A stretch of DNA of 63,230 bases, counting the filler, from Octopus bimaculoides (lineage: Eukaryota): NCBI RefSeq assembly GCF_001194135.2. It is 6 parts of 5 records of this genome, joined end to end, with 100 filler letters (N's around TTAATTAATTAA, not from the genome) between each part and the next. Parts side by side here need not be neighbours in the genome. Positions count along the whole stretch, not along the records: positions 60,676 to 63,230 come from NC_069005.1; 5 more parts are not named here. One strand, written 5' to 3'. Every line of letters begins with the position of its first letter. Position 1 is the stretch's first letter. The notes under the pieces are model-generated. The model saw only the letters and a program-made list of their open reading frames with translations, was not told the origin of the DNA and ran no database searches. The position numbers and the translations under genes are program-made. This document shows positions 60,675 through 63,230 of the stretch, piece by piece.

Positions 60675-63230
60675 NACCTTCGTTTGTTTGTTTGTTCGAT
60701 CTTTCTTTCGTTCGCAAGTGCGTACGTACGTTCGTTCGTTTGTTCGTTCGTTCGATCGTTTGTTCGTATGTACGTTCATTCGTTCGTTTCTTCCTTCGTA
60801 CGTACGGTGGTTCATTAATTCGTACGTATGTACCTACGATTGTTCGTTAAATCGTTTGTTCTATCGTTCATTCATTCGTTCGTTAATTCTTTCTTCGTTC
60901 GTTCGTTCGATGATTCATACATACGTACGTTCGTTCGTTCGTTCGTTCATTCGTTCGTTACTACGTACGATCGTTCGTAAGTACGTTCCTTCGATCGTTC
61001 GGTCGTTCGTTTGTTCGTTCGTCCACACGTACGTACATTCGTAAGTACGTACGTAATTACGATCGTTCGTTCGTGCTTACGTACGTACCTACGTTCTTTC
61101 TATCATTCGTTCGGACGTATTTAAGTATGTACGTTCGTTCGTTCGTTCGTACATACGTAATTACGTACGTATGTTCTTTCATTCGTTCGTTCGTACGTAC
61201 GTACATACGTGCGTATGTACGTTCAATCGTTAGTTCCTTCGTACCTTCGTACATTCGCTCGTTCGCACTTTCGCTCGTTCATTCATTTCGTTCTTCGTTC
61301 ATTCGTTCCATCATACGTACGTGCGTACGTACTATCGTTCTTTCGTTGGTTCATTCTTTCGTTAGTTCGTTCGTTCATACGTACTTATCTACGTACGTCC
61401 GTTCGTTCGTTCGTACATACTTACGCACGTTCGTACGTACGTACGTTCGTTCGTTCGTACGTACGTACGTTCGTTCGTTCGTTCGTACGTACTTACGTTC
61501 GTTCCTTAATTTCGTTCGTTCAGTCGTTCGTACGTACGTACTTACATACGTACGTACCTACGTACATACGTTAGTTCATTCGTTCGTACGTACGTACATT
61601 CGTTCGCNNNNNNNNNNACATACGTACGTACCTACGTACATACGTTAGTTCATTCGTTCGTACGTACGTACATTCGTTCGCTCGTTCGATCATTCCTACG
61701 TACGGATGTATGTTCGTACGTTCGTTCGTTTGTTTATTCGTTCGATCTTTCTTTCGTTCGCAACTGCGTACGTTCGTTCGTTTGTTCGTTCGTACGTACC
61801 TACGTTCGGACGTACCTTAGTGCTTACGTACGGACGTATGTACGCACGTTCCTTCGTTCGCTCGATCGTACGTACGTACGTTTGTTTCTTCGTACGTACG
61901 CACGTACGTTCTTTCTTTCGTTGGTTCATTCTTTCGTTAGTTAGTTCGTTCTGTCGCTCGTTCGTTCATACGTACATATCTACGTACGTCCGTTCGTTTG
62001 TATGTACCTACGATCATTCGTTCTTACGTACCTACGTACGTTCGTTCTATCGTTCGTTCCTTCGATCGTTTGGTCGTTCGTTCGTACATACTTACGCACG
62101 TTCGTACGTACGTACGTTCGTTAGTTCGTTCATTCCTTCATTCTTACGTATGAACGTACGTACAAACGTACCTTCGTTTGTTCGTTGTTTCGTTTGTTCG
62201 TTCATTCGTTTCTTTGTAGGTACACACGTACGTTCTTTCGTTCGTTCGTGCTTTCGCTAGTTTGTTCCTTCGTATGTACGTTCTTTTGTACGTTCTTACG
62301 TAAGTACGAACGTACGTCAGTACGAACGTACGTACATACGTTCTTTCATTCGTTCGGACGTACTTACGTACGTACGTTCGTTCGTTCGTTCGTTCGTTCG
62401 TACATACGTAATTACGTACGTATGTTCTTTCATTCGTTCGTTCGTTCGTACGTACGTACGTGCGTATGTACGTTCAATCGTTAGTTCCTTCGTACGTTCG
62501 TTTGCACTTTCACTCGTTCATTCATTTCGTTTCTTCGTTCATCCGTTCCATCATACGTACGTACGTACTATCGTTCTTTTGTTGGTTCATTCTTTCGTTA
62601 GTTCGCTCGTTCTATCGCTCATTCGTTCATACGTACTTATCTTCGTACGTCCGTTCGTTAGTAAGTACGTACGATCGTTCGTTCTTACGTACCTACGTAC
62701 GTTCGTTCTATCGTTCGTTTCTTCCATCGTTTGGTCGTTCGTTCGTACATACTTACGAACGTTCGTACGTACGTACGTACGTTCGTTCGTTCGTACGTAC
62801 TTACGTTCGTTCATTCTTTCATTCTTACGTATGAACGTACGTACAAACGTACCTTCTTTTGTTCGTTGTTTCGTTTGTTTGTTTCTTCGTACGTACACAC
62901 GTACGTTCTTTCGTTCGGTCGTTCGTTAGTTCTTTCGTTCCTTCGTGCTTTCGCTAGTTCGTTCCTTCGTATGTACATTCTTTTGTACGTTCTTACGTAA
63001 GTACGAACGGACGTGCATAAGTACTTACGTACGTAAGTACGTTCGTACGTAAGTACGTACGTTCGTTCGTTAGTTCGTATGTACGTTTGTACGTACGACC
63101 GTTTGTGCGTACGTACGTACGCTCGTTGTTTCGTTCGTTCCTTCGATCGTTCGGTCGTTCGATCGTTCGTTCGTTCGATCGTTCGTTTGTTCGTCCGCAC
63201 GTACATACGTACGTACGTTCGTTCATTCGT
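60675..63230 (+). repeat. CpG-rich (TTCG/TACG)n-derived satellite with ~575-680 bp subunits and ~1.25 kb higher-order period
   Basis: Landmark GTTGGTTCATTCTTTCGTTAG at 61345, 61920 and 62581; CATACGTAATTACG at 61152 and 62403. Continues beyond the window end. Confidence 0.9.

Overview
Eukaryotic, AT-rich, microsatellite-dense scaffold. The SINE families and gap style point to an octopus genome, probably Octopus bimaculoides; this is inference. Host genes seen are two spliceable exons of a multi-exon cadherin (minus strand, 24.2-25.2 kb) and the first coding exon of an atypical Rho-family GTPase with Ser at the Gly12 position (minus strand, 35.9-36.0 kb). At 1.7-8.3 kb there is a cluster of four degenerate, paralogous LINE-ORF1/gag-like genes with a CCHC zinc knuckle, and no endonuclease/RT ORF is visible. 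The rest is several tRNA-derived SINE families, two non-autonomous Helitrons, mariner and REL-LINE remnants, simple repeats, and a 2.5-kb CpG-rich (TTCG/TACG) satellite with higher-order periodicity. The most interesting signal is four unrelated non-coding repeat families that each carry a minimal type I hammerhead-ribozyme-like motif of the kind known from Penelope-like retroelements. One of these is a tRNA-headed SINE inserted as an inverted pair with a 13-bp TSD. All folds were worked out by eye and ribozyme activity is untested.
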